NCBI RefSeq assembly: GCF_050920415.1
Contig: NZ_CP169309.1
Length of the DNA: 64,000 bases
DNA from: Escherichia coli
GTDB lineage: Bacteria > Pseudomonadota > Gammaproteobacteria > Enterobacterales > Enterobacteriaceae
Reading direction: 5' to 3' (one strand)
Shown here in pieces: positions 49,410-59,161 of the stretch. Below the pieces are notes generated by a model. The model had not been told where the DNA came from. It ran no database searches and was given only the letters and a program-made list of their open reading frames with translations. The position numbers and the translations under genes are program-made. How positions within the stretch are numbered: the first letter of the stretch is position 1; each line of letters starts with the position of its first letter.

Positions 49410-51782
49410 TTATTCTTCGCTTCCGGTCAACTGCTTAACAAGCGCAACCAGTTCGCTAACCTGATTTTCAAGATTGGTGATACGTTCATCCATGACAGTA
49501 ATGTTAGCACGTAAGCTGGCGTTTTCTTCTTCCAGTGCTGTAGCTTTCAACATTAAGGATTGTGTAACGTGCATTGTATCGAGCAATAAAGGCGTAGTAT
49601 CAAGCTCTTTCACCTCTATTTCTTTGTTGTTATTATCATAATGTGTTCTTGTTTTTACATATAACGGATCTATTAGTTCGGCTGATTGTGAAATAATGCC
49701 ACGCCGCACTCTTTCTTTTTCATCACCATTGAATACGAATGTTACGAAATCAAGGTTTTCTAAATTGCTCCACGCTTTATCTACGGTAGCGTGCTGCACA
49801 TTATGCTTAAATCTAATATCAGATATTGCATTTTTAGTAACCGTTGAGGTTTCTGTTACGGAATAATTATCCCATTTGGTAAAGTAAATGTTTGAATCAA
49901 ACGGGGCAATTTCAAGTCTTACTCCGTATTTGTTATCACTATCACCAACGCAGTTTAATGAAGTCCTAGCAAAACTAGTGGTATTGTGATGAATTAAACC
50001 GAGACTATACCAAGTCGCATACCCCGCTGAGGATGCTTGCCCTGCACTAAAATTGGAATTAAACGACCAGTTTTCACCTATATTAGTGTAAGGTACAACG
50101 AATGTTGCGCCGTGCGTTGGGATCTCACCCCAACTTAAAAGTTTTTGCGTTGTAGCCCTAAATGATGCTGATTCAAAAAGCCCGCTATCATTTACCGTAA
50201 TTCTCCCCTTGTTCCCTGATGTTTTATTTTCAACTTCAATAACTGCATAGTGGGATTGATCGATATACGCATCACCCCACATCGACACTTCGCATTCTGA
50301 GGCGTCACCGATCTTGTATACGGATTTTACAACACCTGTAGTTGATTTTGTTCCGGTTGATAGCCTTGTTTTGTCGGCGTTAATTACGCTCCAGGATGTA
50401 TTTGCAGCGGTAAAGCCACCAGATGCACGGATCACCCATACACCAACAAAGTTTCGTGTAAGAATTTCATCTGTTGATGCTCCATAAATCGGGCTACACC
50501 GTGACGCATCAAAAGTACATGTATTATAACGGCCTTCCAAAGCGGTTGTACCGCTAGGAATTGCATCACCTACACCGTCAGGAAATACACTGTTATCGGA
50601 GGAAAATGCACCATAAGATGTGCCAATGGCTTGCGCGTAACTCCCACCGGAATAAGTGGTAAAATAACCAGTAATATTTGGCGCGGCTGATTCAAATAGT
50701 TGTCCGTTTGCACTACTAACGCCACCATCACCTCGACCATAAAGCGCTCTGATCGATCCTTCTTGTATACCGTTTTTATCGGGAACGCGGAAAGTTGTTT
50801 CTCCGTCACCCGTGGAATATTTACCGCGTTGGAATTTATCAGCCAGCCATTCAGAATCATCTATAGCGCCCACCATTTGAGCGTAAGCCCACAATTCAGG
50901 CCAATCTGCACGGTTAAGTAATTGCCCGTCCGATGTAACCTCATAAGGCTGAATATAAGCGCGGCTATCGCGTAAGTGGAAATCCCCTACGCCGTAATTC
51001 ATAACACCGTTCATTGTTGGTCCGACTGTACCACTATTGATATAGTTCATTACCCAACGCATTGTTACAGCGTCGTAATCACTTACCGGATCGCCTGCTA
51101 ATGGCGTTGAACCTATTGGGCGAACGTTCAACCAGGCCGCCGCTCGGTCGGCAAGATCGGAAAGGTTATTTTGTATTCTTAGAAATGAATCCGGGTTTAT
51201 GTCGTTTTTGTACCCTTCCGCTATGTTTTTATATTCTTCGGCGTTAGCGGCGCTTTCTGCTGCGTTTACTGCCGCCCCTGTTGCGGTAACAGCCCCTTCT
51301 TCTGCTGTTTGTGCTGCTGCTTCTGCTGCTGCTTTAGATGATTCGGCGTCTGTTTTGTATTGCTGAGTTGTCGCTTTATCTGCGCTTACTTGCGCTGAGT
51401 CCGTGTGAACTTGGTTAACTAGTGCTATCAATCCATCAAGATCAAATTCCTGAAAAAATTCAACTGCGTTTGCAATTTCGGTTTCCTTGCCCTGATAGTA
51501 ACGCAGAGTTTCAGCAACATCTTGCGCTAAACCATCTACAGAAATCGAGTCTGAAAGCAGAATACTGAATTTTGTCCCGGCAGATATTGCAGGGTCGGCC
51601 GCAGGAGTTACTGATAATTCAGTTCCGCTCTTAATTTCGGTGATGGTAAATATCTGCACAGGATCGCTAACTGCAATCAGCGTGCACCCTTCCCGGATGA
51701 GCGAAAGCGGCGCGGTGAAGCTTGTCCCCAAGCCTGTAACAGTGTTACCACTAATAGCTATTGTTCCTGTTGTATAAATCAT
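49410..51782 (-). CDS. phage tail fibre protein with tail-collar domain and C-terminal peptidase-S74-like intramolecular chaperone
   Basis: 790 aa; Stf-like N-terminus; collar-domain motif (DWPELWAYAQ...GDGETTFRVPDKNG); C-terminal SDIRFKHNV motif followed by coiled coil, typical of autoproteolytic chaperone domains. Confidence 0.8.
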   Translation of the reverse strand: MIYTTGTIAISGNTVTGLGTSFTAPLSLIREGCTLIAVSDPVQIFTITEIKSGTELSVTPAADPAISAGTKFSILLSDSISVDGLAQDVAETLRYYQGKETEIANAVEFFQEFDLDGLIALVNQVHTDSAQVSADKATTQQYKTDAESSKAAAEAAAQTAEEGAVTATGAAVNAAESAANAEEYKNIAEGYKNDINPDSFLRIQNNLSDLADRAAAWLNVRPIGSTPLAGDPVSDYDAVTMRWVMNYINSGTVGPTMNGVMNYGVGDFHLRDSRAYIQPYEVTSDGQLLNRADWPELWAYAQMVGAIDDSEWLADKFQRGKYSTGDGETTFRVPDKNGIQEGSIRALYGRGDGGVSSANGQLFESAAPNITGYFTTYSGGSYAQAIGTSYGAFSSDNSVFPDGVGDAIPSGTTALEGRYNTCTFDASRCSPIYGASTDEILTRNFVGVWVIRASGGFTAANTSWSVINADKTRLSTGTKSTTGVVKSVYKIGDASECEVSMWGDAYIDQSHYAVIEVENKTSGNKGRITVNDSGLFESASFRATTQKLLSWGEIPTHGATFVVPYTNIGENWSFNSNFSAGQASSAGYATWYSLGLIHHNTTSFARTSLNCVGDSDNKYGVRLEIAPFDSNIYFTKWDNYSVTETSTVTKNAISDIRFKHNVQHATVDKAWSNLENLDFVTFVFNGDEKERVRRGIISQSAELIDPLYVKTRTHYDNNNKEIEVKELDTTPLLLDTMHVTQSLMLKATALEEENASLRANITVMDERITNLENQVSELVALVKQLTGSEE

Positions 51783-51941
51783 CTCAACAACTCCATAATG
51801 TTAACTTATGTGTCAATTCTACCATTTTGCGATCTGTGTTACATTTCTGTCTTATACAAAATGTATTTGTTGATTTACATCAATGTTGTGAAAATGCGGT
51901 TTGTGGATACTACAACCAACGAAACAACGGAGGGTAAGACA

Positions 51942-52181
51942 ATGAAAGGCTTAAAAAATATCGCTATCGCTGCAATGGTTGCTGGTCTGGTTGGTTGTGC
52001 TGATATGCCGAAACGTGAATGCACGGCAATTTATCAAACTGGCGGTAATGAGTATGCGGTTGCAGTCTTCGGTGTCGCGGATGTTGGTGGTCACAAAATG
52101 GCTAAGGCTGGGTATCCATTTAATTTTCAATGGGTGAGCGTTGACCACTTCAAGAAAACGGATTGCCCGGAATTGAATTAA
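51942..52181 (+). CDS. phage lipoprotein, possible Cor-like superinfection-exclusion protein
   Basis: 79 aa from ATG at 51942 with SD GGAGGG; lipobox LVGC; opposite-strand gene at the distal end of the tail module, where cor sits in N15/phi80-like phages; family assignment is inference. Confidence 0.5.
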   Translation: MKGLKNIAIAAMVAGLVGCADMPKRECTAIYQTGGNEYAVAVFGVADVGGHKMAKAGYPFNFQWVSVDHFKKTDCPELN

Positions 52182-52771
52182 TCATAGGCGTCGGTTTTAA
52201 TGGCGGTGATAGCGTTCCCGTGGTTAATATAGCCAGTTGGTGCATATACGCTACCCGCCTGGATGCCGTAAATTCTAGTTGTGCTTCCGTTGTAATAAGC
52301 CGCCGCATAAATGGATGCACTACCCTGTCCAACGAGCGCCCCTAACAATTGGGGGCAAATAGCATAAGAACCGGATAACGTTTGGTCTATATAAATTCCG
52401 CCGCTTGATCCTGCCGTCCCAACGGTTACAAGGTCTGTTAATATTCTTGATTCATTAGTTAGCACTAGTTCCCCGGAAGCGTTCCAAATAGCCATTCCCC
52501 ACTTCGGCAGCGATGGCGGGAAAATAGTGAAAATATACGCATACCCCGAACCAGCCCCGATTAGTAAAGTTGATGGGCTATTTCTATAAGCTAATACAGC
52601 GGCGGCGGTAGTGCTTTTTACAAATACCATCACGGGCTTCCCGGATGGCACGGCGACGGTTTGATTCGATGATGTTAATGTCACCCGTTCATATAAGCAA
52701 AGCGGCGTTGCTTCCGGTGTAACGAAAATATTCCCGTTACTTAATCTCAAATAAGCTCCGAAGGTTGCCAT
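52178..52771 (-). CDS. phage protein (197 aa) downstream of J, N-terminus MATFG
   Basis: ORF whose stop overlaps the next gene; shares the N-terminal MATFG with the adjacent 103 aa ORF; Gly/Ser/Thr-rich. Confidence 0.6.
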   Translation of the reverse strand: MATFGAYLRLSNGNIFVTPEATPLCLYERVTLTSSNQTVAVPSGKPVMVFVKSTTAAAVLAYRNSPSTLLIGAGSGYAYIFTIFPPSLPKWGMAIWNASGELVLTNESRILTDLVTVGTAGSSGGIYIDQTLSGSYAICPQLLGALVGQGSASIYAAAYYNGSTTRIYGIQAGSVYAPTGYINHGNAITAIKTDAYD

Positions 52772-53082
52772 TAAGCCACCTCCGCAAATATAACAATTTC
52801 ACACTGTGACGCGGGCCATATATTAGCGCCTACCGTATCCCCTGCCGAGGAAATGGAAACAGTACCACCCGAAATAGTGATCTTTCTGCGCGTCGTTGAC
52901 GTTGTGCCATAATCAAGCGTCATCCCATAAGATAATTTGCATCCGGTCGGCACTGTAAAGGTATATGTGCCGGATACCTGCCCGGATGATAAGGAAATAT
53001 AACCAACCACAACGGAAGGTTTAATTCCATAGTTATTAGCATTGCCGCTGGCGTCCCAGGTCGCTACGCCGAAAGTAGCCAT
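52771..53082 (-). CDS. phage protein (103 aa) downstream of J, N-terminus MATFG
   Basis: ORF immediately after J with SD (GGAGG); Gly/Ser/Thr-rich beta-type composition. Confidence 0.6.
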   Translation of the reverse strand: MATFGVATWDASGNANNYGIKPSVVVGYISLSSGQVSGTYTFTVPTGCKLSYGMTLDYGTTSTTRRKITISGGTVSISSAGDTVGANIWPASQCEIVIFAEVA

Positions 53083-53134
53083 AATTACACCTCCTTAATA
53101 AAAAACTGAGGCCGAACAAGTCGGCCCCTTAATT

Positions 53135-56100
53135 CTACCATGATCCGGTAATTCGCCCAATCTGGACGCGCAAAACCCCGTTACCGTCTTTTACCGAAAT
53201 AGTGGTATTAGTTAATTTCATCGCGCCCTCACCACTCACCGCGCCGTAGTTTTCGAATGTCCCGCCTTTATCCAGTTTCCATCCGGTACTGCCGGAAACA
53301 TAGTTATTTGACTGGATGTAAGAACCTATTTTCGCGTTGGTGATTGAGGCGTCTTTTATAAATGCTTCGCGAACATACATAGCGCCGTTTTCAACATAAA
53401 ATGGTGTCGTATATGTGCCGTTGGCGGCTGTCATTAATACGAAGCGGTCAACAAGAAAAATACATTGTGATTGCGTATTTGCGCCATCACCAGTTACCCC
53501 AAGCGATATTCCTGACGCGTATTTCATACCGTTGTTATCAGTAGCGATCTTGAGACTCCAAGTTGCCGACATATCACCATTAATATTGGTAATTGCTGTT
53601 TTGTTTTCCTCAATAAGCACTGATTGCCCATTAATTGATGCGGTTACTTCGCTAATTTGCTGCGCGGTTGCTTTTTCAAGCGTAACCATTGCTTGTTCAA
53701 GGTTTGTGACCTTCCCTTGAATATCATCACTTATTTTTGCTTCAAGCTCTGATAATGCTTTTGCTGTTGCCTCTTTTTCCGTTGCGACAACTTCATCTAT
53801 ACGCGTGATCTCTGCTTTTGATTGTTTCAACTGAGCGGAAAGTGTGCGTCTTGATGTTGTTTGAGCTACGGAATTATTAAGAAGCGCAATGGAAACGTTT
53901 TGCAAGCGGGCGCGAGTTTGTGTTAGTTCGCTATCCTGTTCCGAAAGCTCGACACCTATTTCGTCAATACGACTTTCATGAACCCCTAACCCCTCTTCGT
54001 TATTCTGGACGCGATTAATTAGATCTGATGTGGTATCCTTCAGATCGGTAACATCCCCTTTAAGTGTGCTCGTGTCACTAATCAACCCTTGAAATTGCTC
54101 GCTTTCCATGACTTCTTTCGTCACGAAATCTGTAATTTCGTCGAAGTCCTCCGTAGGCTTCCCGGATGCCTCAATAAAATCTGACACACCGAACGCGTTG
54201 CGGGTGCGAATGTACACATAATACATGTGGCCTGTGCTCATGCCGCCGAACGTCCATTGATAACCACGTCCGGTATACTGCGCTGACGTGGTTATGGTTG
54301 CCGGATCCGTAATCCTGTTTTCTCCGGCGTAATAAAATTCATATGCCGTATCAGTGGTGAGTGTTGTTTTGCTTATCGGGTAGACAGTAGCCTGAAATAC
54401 ACCAGGCACCCAATTTACACCGACAGGCGCGGATGGCGCTCCAATCACCAGATCGACGATGCTTTCTGCACCCTTCATGCCAGTGTCATTTCTGCCGCGA
54501 ACACCTAACGTGTATGAACCAGCATCAATGCCATAAAAATCATAACTGTATTTCGTGGTTTCATAGCTTTTAACCACCGCACCATCTGCATTGTATATGC
54601 GGATCTCGAATGTCATGCGATGAGTGGTAGTCTGTGTCTCCCACGTTGCGCGGCATTGAACTGTTTCCGATCCAATGTTTACTACCTTCAGATTTTCGAT
54701 GTTCGGCACACGGAAGTGATTAAGCGTGTCGCTGTTGATTTCGAAGATTGCGCCTTCATCGACTACGGCTTGTTTGTTAGGGTCGTGCTGCGCGGCTTCG
54801 ATAGTGTATACGCTGTTATTTTGTGTTTCTGCTACGCTGGTGATCCTACACAAAACTGGTTTTGCTGCGTTAGTTGATACAGCAAAAACAGTGCCATTTC
54901 GAATCCATGTTGGGGCCGCAGCAAGGGTGATATTGTTTCCGTTAACTCCGGTGATCTGGTGTTTTTTAAATTTGCCATCGCTATCAAGAAGGCTTATTGT
55001 GTCGCCAGCGGTCACATATTCAGAATCAACCTTATCTACAGTGATCACACGTCCATTGTTAGAGACAATACGACCGCCTAAGCGAGCGCCAGCACGGTTA
55101 TTGTCGAGTATCTCGATGATATCACCTGGCGTAAAGTGAATCGCGTCACGGGCCATTTTAAACGTGAATTTTGAAGGCTCGCGCTTCGCTGTTTCTATCA
55201 GCCATTTACCCGCCCGGTGCGCTTGCCCGCGTGATGTACACCCGAAAGCCTCCAGCGTGGTTTCGTTGTAGCCGTCACGGGCGATTAGTTCATCATCTGC
55301 GACATACTCTTTTGATTGTTCCCAGCCGTTTTCCGGATCAGTCCATGACACAATTACCGCGTTGTAGCATTCTGATCGCGCGATACTTGAACGGGTAAAT
55401 GCACCATCCACGACGTTTGCGTTAGTGATGGTTGCGATTGGGTCTTGTGGTGCATCAATCATTATAGTAAGGCGCTGACCATCCCATAACGCTATACCAC
55501 GGAACATCCCGGCGATGTTGTCCAGTAGGTCGCGGGCGCTCATTTGCTCTGTGATGTACGCGTTTAGCGTGACGCGCGGCTCTAAGCCACCATAGCCATC
55601 ATCAACCAACTGATCGCAGTATTGAGAGAGCGTATACAAAGCACCATCATCAACATCGATATAACCAGCCTGTCGAGCAAGGCCAAAACGCTCGTTTTTA
55701 ACCAAGTAGCGGAATATCCACGCCGGGTTATTTGTGTATGCCTTTTTAAGTCCGCCAAGCCATAAACCGGAATAATTTCGTTTTTCCGGGTCGTAGTTAT
55801 CCGGTACATCGACAATCAGCCCACGCAGATGATAAGTGCGTGTAGGTGTATCGGAGTACTGGTCATGGTCAATTACCGCGCCAGCTACAGCAGTGTGAGG
55901 ATAAGACAAGTTATCGTCGATGATTTCGCTATAACTGTTCCAGCGGGTATCGTTCTGTAATAGGTCGCTTACACTATCAGCCGTCACGCGGCGCACGCGA
56001 ATATCAAATGGCTTTTCATCCGGCGCATCAATGATATGAGACTCCAGATATTCACCGCTAATCTTACCCGGACCGATTTGTACGGCCTTAACCGCCGACC

Positions 56101-56554
56101 AGGTGGAAGACGAGGACGGTTTAACATCGATTGCCATAATGACAGACGTTTCTTTCTGGTTTGATTGGTTATCGCTTTCCACCAGTGAATCCACGCCAAT
56201 ATTTAGCCGGACGCGCGTCACGTTCGGATCTGATACCGTCCTGACCAGTGGCGTATCATGCTTTACCTGTGCGTTAACCATCACCGTTGATTCAATGGCG
56301 TTAAAGCCGTTGATCGGTGACTGGTCGGCAGTACCCGGACGCCAGGCGACACTAACGCCTGGAATGCTGGTATTACCTACCGCATCCGTAACAGGAGTGT
56401 CATTAAGCATTACGCAGTTTAACGGCGCGGCAGTATTGACAGGCCCATAAATCGGCCCTTCGCTCAATATATCAAGCACGCGATAAAACTGCTTATGGAA
56501 CAAGTTATCGTTTATTAATGTTGGTGTTTTTGCTTTACCACCGCCGCCGCCCAT
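53135..56554 (-). CDS. phage tail tip / host-specificity protein J
   Basis: 1139 aa (lambda J is 1132 aa); position after I; fibronectin-III-like central region. Confidence 0.9.
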   Translation of the reverse strand: MGGGGGKAKTPTLINDNLFHKQFYRVLDILSEGPIYGPVNTAAPLNCVMLNDTPVTDAVGNTSIPGVSVAWRPGTADQSPINGFNAIESTVMVNAQVKHDTPLVRTVSDPNVTRVRLNIGVDSLVESDNQSNQKETSVIMAIDVKPSSSSTWSAVKAVQIGPGKISGEYLESHIIDAPDEKPFDIRVRRVTADSVSDLLQNDTRWNSYSEIIDDNLSYPHTAVAGAVIDHDQYSDTPTRTYHLRGLIVDVPDNYDPEKRNYSGLWLGGLKKAYTNNPAWIFRYLVKNERFGLARQAGYIDVDDGALYTLSQYCDQLVDDGYGGLEPRVTLNAYITEQMSARDLLDNIAGMFRGIALWDGQRLTIMIDAPQDPIATITNANVVDGAFTRSSIARSECYNAVIVSWTDPENGWEQSKEYVADDELIARDGYNETTLEAFGCTSRGQAHRAGKWLIETAKREPSKFTFKMARDAIHFTPGDIIEILDNNRAGARLGGRIVSNNGRVITVDKVDSEYVTAGDTISLLDSDGKFKKHQITGVNGNNITLAAAPTWIRNGTVFAVSTNAAKPVLCRITSVAETQNNSVYTIEAAQHDPNKQAVVDEGAIFEINSDTLNHFRVPNIENLKVVNIGSETVQCRATWETQTTTHRMTFEIRIYNADGAVVKSYETTKYSYDFYGIDAGSYTLGVRGRNDTGMKGAESIVDLVIGAPSAPVGVNWVPGVFQATVYPISKTTLTTDTAYEFYYAGENRITDPATITTSAQYTGRGYQWTFGGMSTGHMYYVYIRTRNAFGVSDFIEASGKPTEDFDEITDFVTKEVMESEQFQGLISDTSTLKGDVTDLKDTTSDLINRVQNNEEGLGVHESRIDEIGVELSEQDSELTQTRARLQNVSIALLNNSVAQTTSRRTLSAQLKQSKAEITRIDEVVATEKEATAKALSELEAKISDDIQGKVTNLEQAMVTLEKATAQQISEVTASINGQSVLIEENKTAITNINGDMSATWSLKIATDNNGMKYASGISLGVTGDGANTQSQCIFLVDRFVLMTAANGTYTTPFYVENGAMYVREAFIKDASITNAKIGSYIQSNNYVSGSTGWKLDKGGTFENYGAVSGEGAMKLTNTTISVKDGNGVLRVQIGRITGSW

Positions 56555-56566
56555 AATAACCCCCTA

Positions 56567-57097
56567 TTAACTTACAACGTCCAGCGCGTCTTTATTGTTG
56601 GTTGTATCAATACCCAGGGATCCAACATTCGAACCTATTTTCATTTCACCCAATAAAATTGGAACGGGACGGCCCTGGCCTACTCTGTTTTCTACACTGG
56701 TGTAACTGTTATTTGTGATGCTATTATCCTGCGCACTTTCCGCTGATGTTTTTACTTTCATGTTTCGGGCCATGAAAATAGAAAACGCGATGCTTGCAAC
56801 GGAAAGGCCGATTAACAGCCAGCCAACCACACCGATCCCTGCGATACCACCTTCTACCACTGGCGCAACAATAATTGTTGTTCCGTCAGGGTATTCACTA
56901 TTAACGGCAGCAGGTGCGGTTTTTTCGTCGTAATCTTTCCCGGCAATGCGTAAGCGTAATGGCGTACTTAAAAACGCTCGCTTAAATTCCTGATTCTGTG
57001 CGGTCAATAAGCGAAGCCCTTGCGCGGGCGTATTAACGTTTAAACACACTTTGCTGTAATATCTTCGAAGATTGCCCGTAAATCTAAATTTGAGCAT
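56567..57097 (-). CDS. phage tail assembly protein I
   Basis: 176 aa ORF between K and J with central hydrophobic segment; 5' end overlaps K. Confidence 0.75.
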   Translation of the reverse strand: MLKFRFTGNLRRYYSKVCLNVNTPAQGLRLLTAQNQEFKRAFLSTPLRLRIAGKDYDEKTAPAAVNSEYPDGTTIIVAPVVEGGIAGIGVVGWLLIGLSVASIAFSIFMARNMKVKTSAESAQDNSITNNSYTSVENRVGQGRPVPILLGEMKIGSNVGSLGIDTTNNKDALDVVS

Positions 57098-57771
57098 TTG
57101 TCAGATCTCCATATTGAATGCGTTTGTCGAACATACGCTGGCCGCATTTGCTCGCGGCGGCTTAATAGTCCGGCATGGTCATGATGCAAAACCGTGTTAT
57201 CACCCAGGTAAAGCATTGCGTGACATGGATCCGCGCCTTTAAACGGCTGCCGGATGATCACGTCACCAGGCTGGATGTTTTGCGTGTCAATCTGAAAAAA
57301 ACCGTTTAGCGGCAAGTTTTTTAAATACAGGTTTTCACCGCGTAGCCACCACCCATCAAGGCGATCGAAGTCCGGCAGGTCTACGCCGCAAAGGTGATAG
57401 GCATCCCGAAAAAGCGTGTAACAATCAGTTGTCCCGTGTACAAATTTACGTCCTAGCAAGTGCGCCACCGGACGGAACTTCCTGATCTTGCCGCCTGAAT
57501 ATAAAAACCACGGCAGCCCGGAAATAACATGCTGTTGTCGATCCCGTGCCGACAATACCGGAATATCATCAACGTGGGAGTGAAAAACGGCGGTTATAAC
57601 GCCCAATTCGTCAGCTTTGATGTAATCGTCCGGCAAAATTTTAAAGCTGTTATGCGGCGTCTCAGACACGTTCACGCACGGGTAAAAATATTCATTGTCT
57701 ATCACCAGTCCGCAAACTTCCTCAAACGGATGTGCGGCGGCATAACGAAACATTTTGTCTTTCAGCGTCAT
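57040..57771 (-). CDS. phage tail assembly protein K (JAB/MPN plus NlpC/P60-like)
   Basis: Start taken at MTLKDKMFRY 2 nt after L stop; JAMM-like motif (FHSHVDD...S..D); lambda K homologue by position. Confidence 0.8.
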   Translation of the reverse strand: MTLKDKMFRYAAAHPFEEVCGLVIDNEYFYPCVNVSETPHNSFKILPDDYIKADELGVITAVFHSHVDDIPVLSARDRQQHVISGLPWFLYSGGKIRKFRPVAHLLGRKFVHGTTDCYTLFRDAYHLCGVDLPDFDRLDGWWLRGENLYLKNLPLNGFFQIDTQNIQPGDVIIRQPFKGADPCHAMLYLGDNTVLHHDHAGLLSRREQMRPAYVRQTHSIWRSDKCSNLDLRAIFEDITAKCV

Positions 57772-57773
57772 AA

Positions 57774-58511
57774 TCAACCTACCTTGCTTGATCCTGGAAA
57801 ACATGAGATCGGCAATGGATTTGGACGCGGGAAACGCAAGCGACAACCGCTTAGGCGGTGGCTGCACCTGTCTAATGTTGGATCGTTTGTCGGCTCGTCT
57901 TTGTCTGTAGCAACTGGCCCGCCAGAGTACGCACAGCCATCACCTCTATACTGCCACTGGCAAACGTCAGCAAGAATGGTGCGGCCTGGGATCACCGCCT
58001 TATCTGCATCAATTGGCGTTGACAACTCATATTGCACCTGATCCGCTGTTTCTTCACTCATGGCCTCTATAACGTAAAAGGACACCGCCTCAATAGATGG
58101 ATCAGCGTCAGGATTGCCATTTGGGAAGTTAACAGCGTCAAGGTATTTCACTTCCACCTGGCGGCGCGTAACCTTCATGCCTCGAAGGTCGTTATAGTCG
58201 GTATTCATCCCGGTAATGAGTCCGCCAATGTTTGCTACAGCCATTTGAGGGCGAGAATAAACTCCTTCGTTTTTCATTTCGAAGCCAGTAGCCTCGATTG
58301 GATAGCTGTTATAAGCCACGCCCTTCCAGATGACCGGACCGTAATAACCATTCGCGCCGGAATGGAAGCGGACAACCTCGCCACCAAGGGGAGTAAGGTC
58401 CAATTCGAACAAGTCAATGATTGCGCCGACTCCCGCATCGACGGAATCAATAATCATCTCTGTAGGTATATTGCGCATTTTATCACCTTGTTGTTTTGTG
58501 ATCTGCATCAC
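57774..58511 (-). CDS. phage minor tail protein L
   Basis: Recognisable similarity to lambda L (e.g. RRQVEVKYLDAVNFPNGN, QWQYRGDGCAYSG, C-terminal Cys cluster); exact start uncertain. Confidence 0.85.
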   Translation of the reverse strand: MMQITKQQGDKMRNIPTEMIIDSVDAGVGAIIDLFELDLTPLGGEVVRFHSGANGYYGPVIWKGVAYNSYPIEATGFEMKNEGVYSRPQMAVANIGGLITGMNTDYNDLRGMKVTRRQVEVKYLDAVNFPNGNPDADPSIEAVSFYVIEAMSEETADQVQYELSTPIDADKAVIPGRTILADVCQWQYRGDGCAYSGGPVATDKDEPTNDPTLDRCSHRLSGCRLRFPRPNPLPISCFPGSSKVG

Positions 58512-58616
58512 ACCGTGAATGCCAAAATGGATTGATAGCGTGATTTACAATATGTATATTTTACTCAAACGAACGGTAGTAAACAAAATGGCACAGTTTG
58601 GAACAGGATAGGACAC

Positions 58617-58775
58617 TATGAGATCCGCAAAATACGCAGAAAAAGTTTTCGTTGAAGTGAAAGGCGACATGAAAAAATTTATGGATGTTCTTATCAAAGA
58701 GATGGGAAAACCGTTCCATATAGCCGAACGTCAGTATTACGCTTGCAAGGCTAATAGCTACAACAGATACGCATG
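58617..58775 (+). CDS. moron ORF C1 (52 aa), unknown function
   Basis: First ORF of a compact plus-strand cassette inserted between tail genes L and M. Confidence 0.4.
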
Positions 58776-58798
58776 ACAATAAACACAAAGGTAACACT

Positions 58799-58891
58799 AT
58801 GCAAAAATATCGTCTTGATGTGTGGATGGCTGGAAATAAAGATTGGGAAGGTTTCGGATTATTTGACAGCCGCGAACTGGCTAACGACTAA
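58799..58891 (+). CDS. moron ORF C2 (30 aa), unknown function
   Basis: Short ORF with AAGG SD in the same cassette. Confidence 0.3.
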   Translation: MQKYRLDVWMAGNKDWEGFGLFDSRELAND

Positions 58892-58972
58892 GGGGAAAAA
58901 CTTGTTAACTTCTTTGGACGGGCCAGGGAGTTTTAAGTAACCCCGGTACAGATAGAAAATAAGGTGGAAGAG

Positions 58973-59152
58973 ATGAAATACGATATTGATAACGACGCTT
59001 GCTTTAAACAAAACTTTGCGGATTCTATGGATCAGTCTTGCCCTGAAATACACGCACACGGTTTCCCGGCAGATAATCCAGACATGAAACGCGAATACGA
59101 AAAAGCGGCGAAAGATTTCTGCATCGACAATCTGGGCGCATTCGATAGATAA
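58973..59152 (+). CDS. moron ORF C3 (59 aa, acidic, Cys/His-containing), unknown function
   Basis: ATG preceded by AAGGTGG; track ORF 58964..59152. Confidence 0.5.
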   Translation: MKYDIDNDACFKQNFADSMDQSCPEIHAHGFPADNPDMKREYEKAAKDFCIDNLGAFDR

Positions 59153-59161
59153 GGCGGCAAT

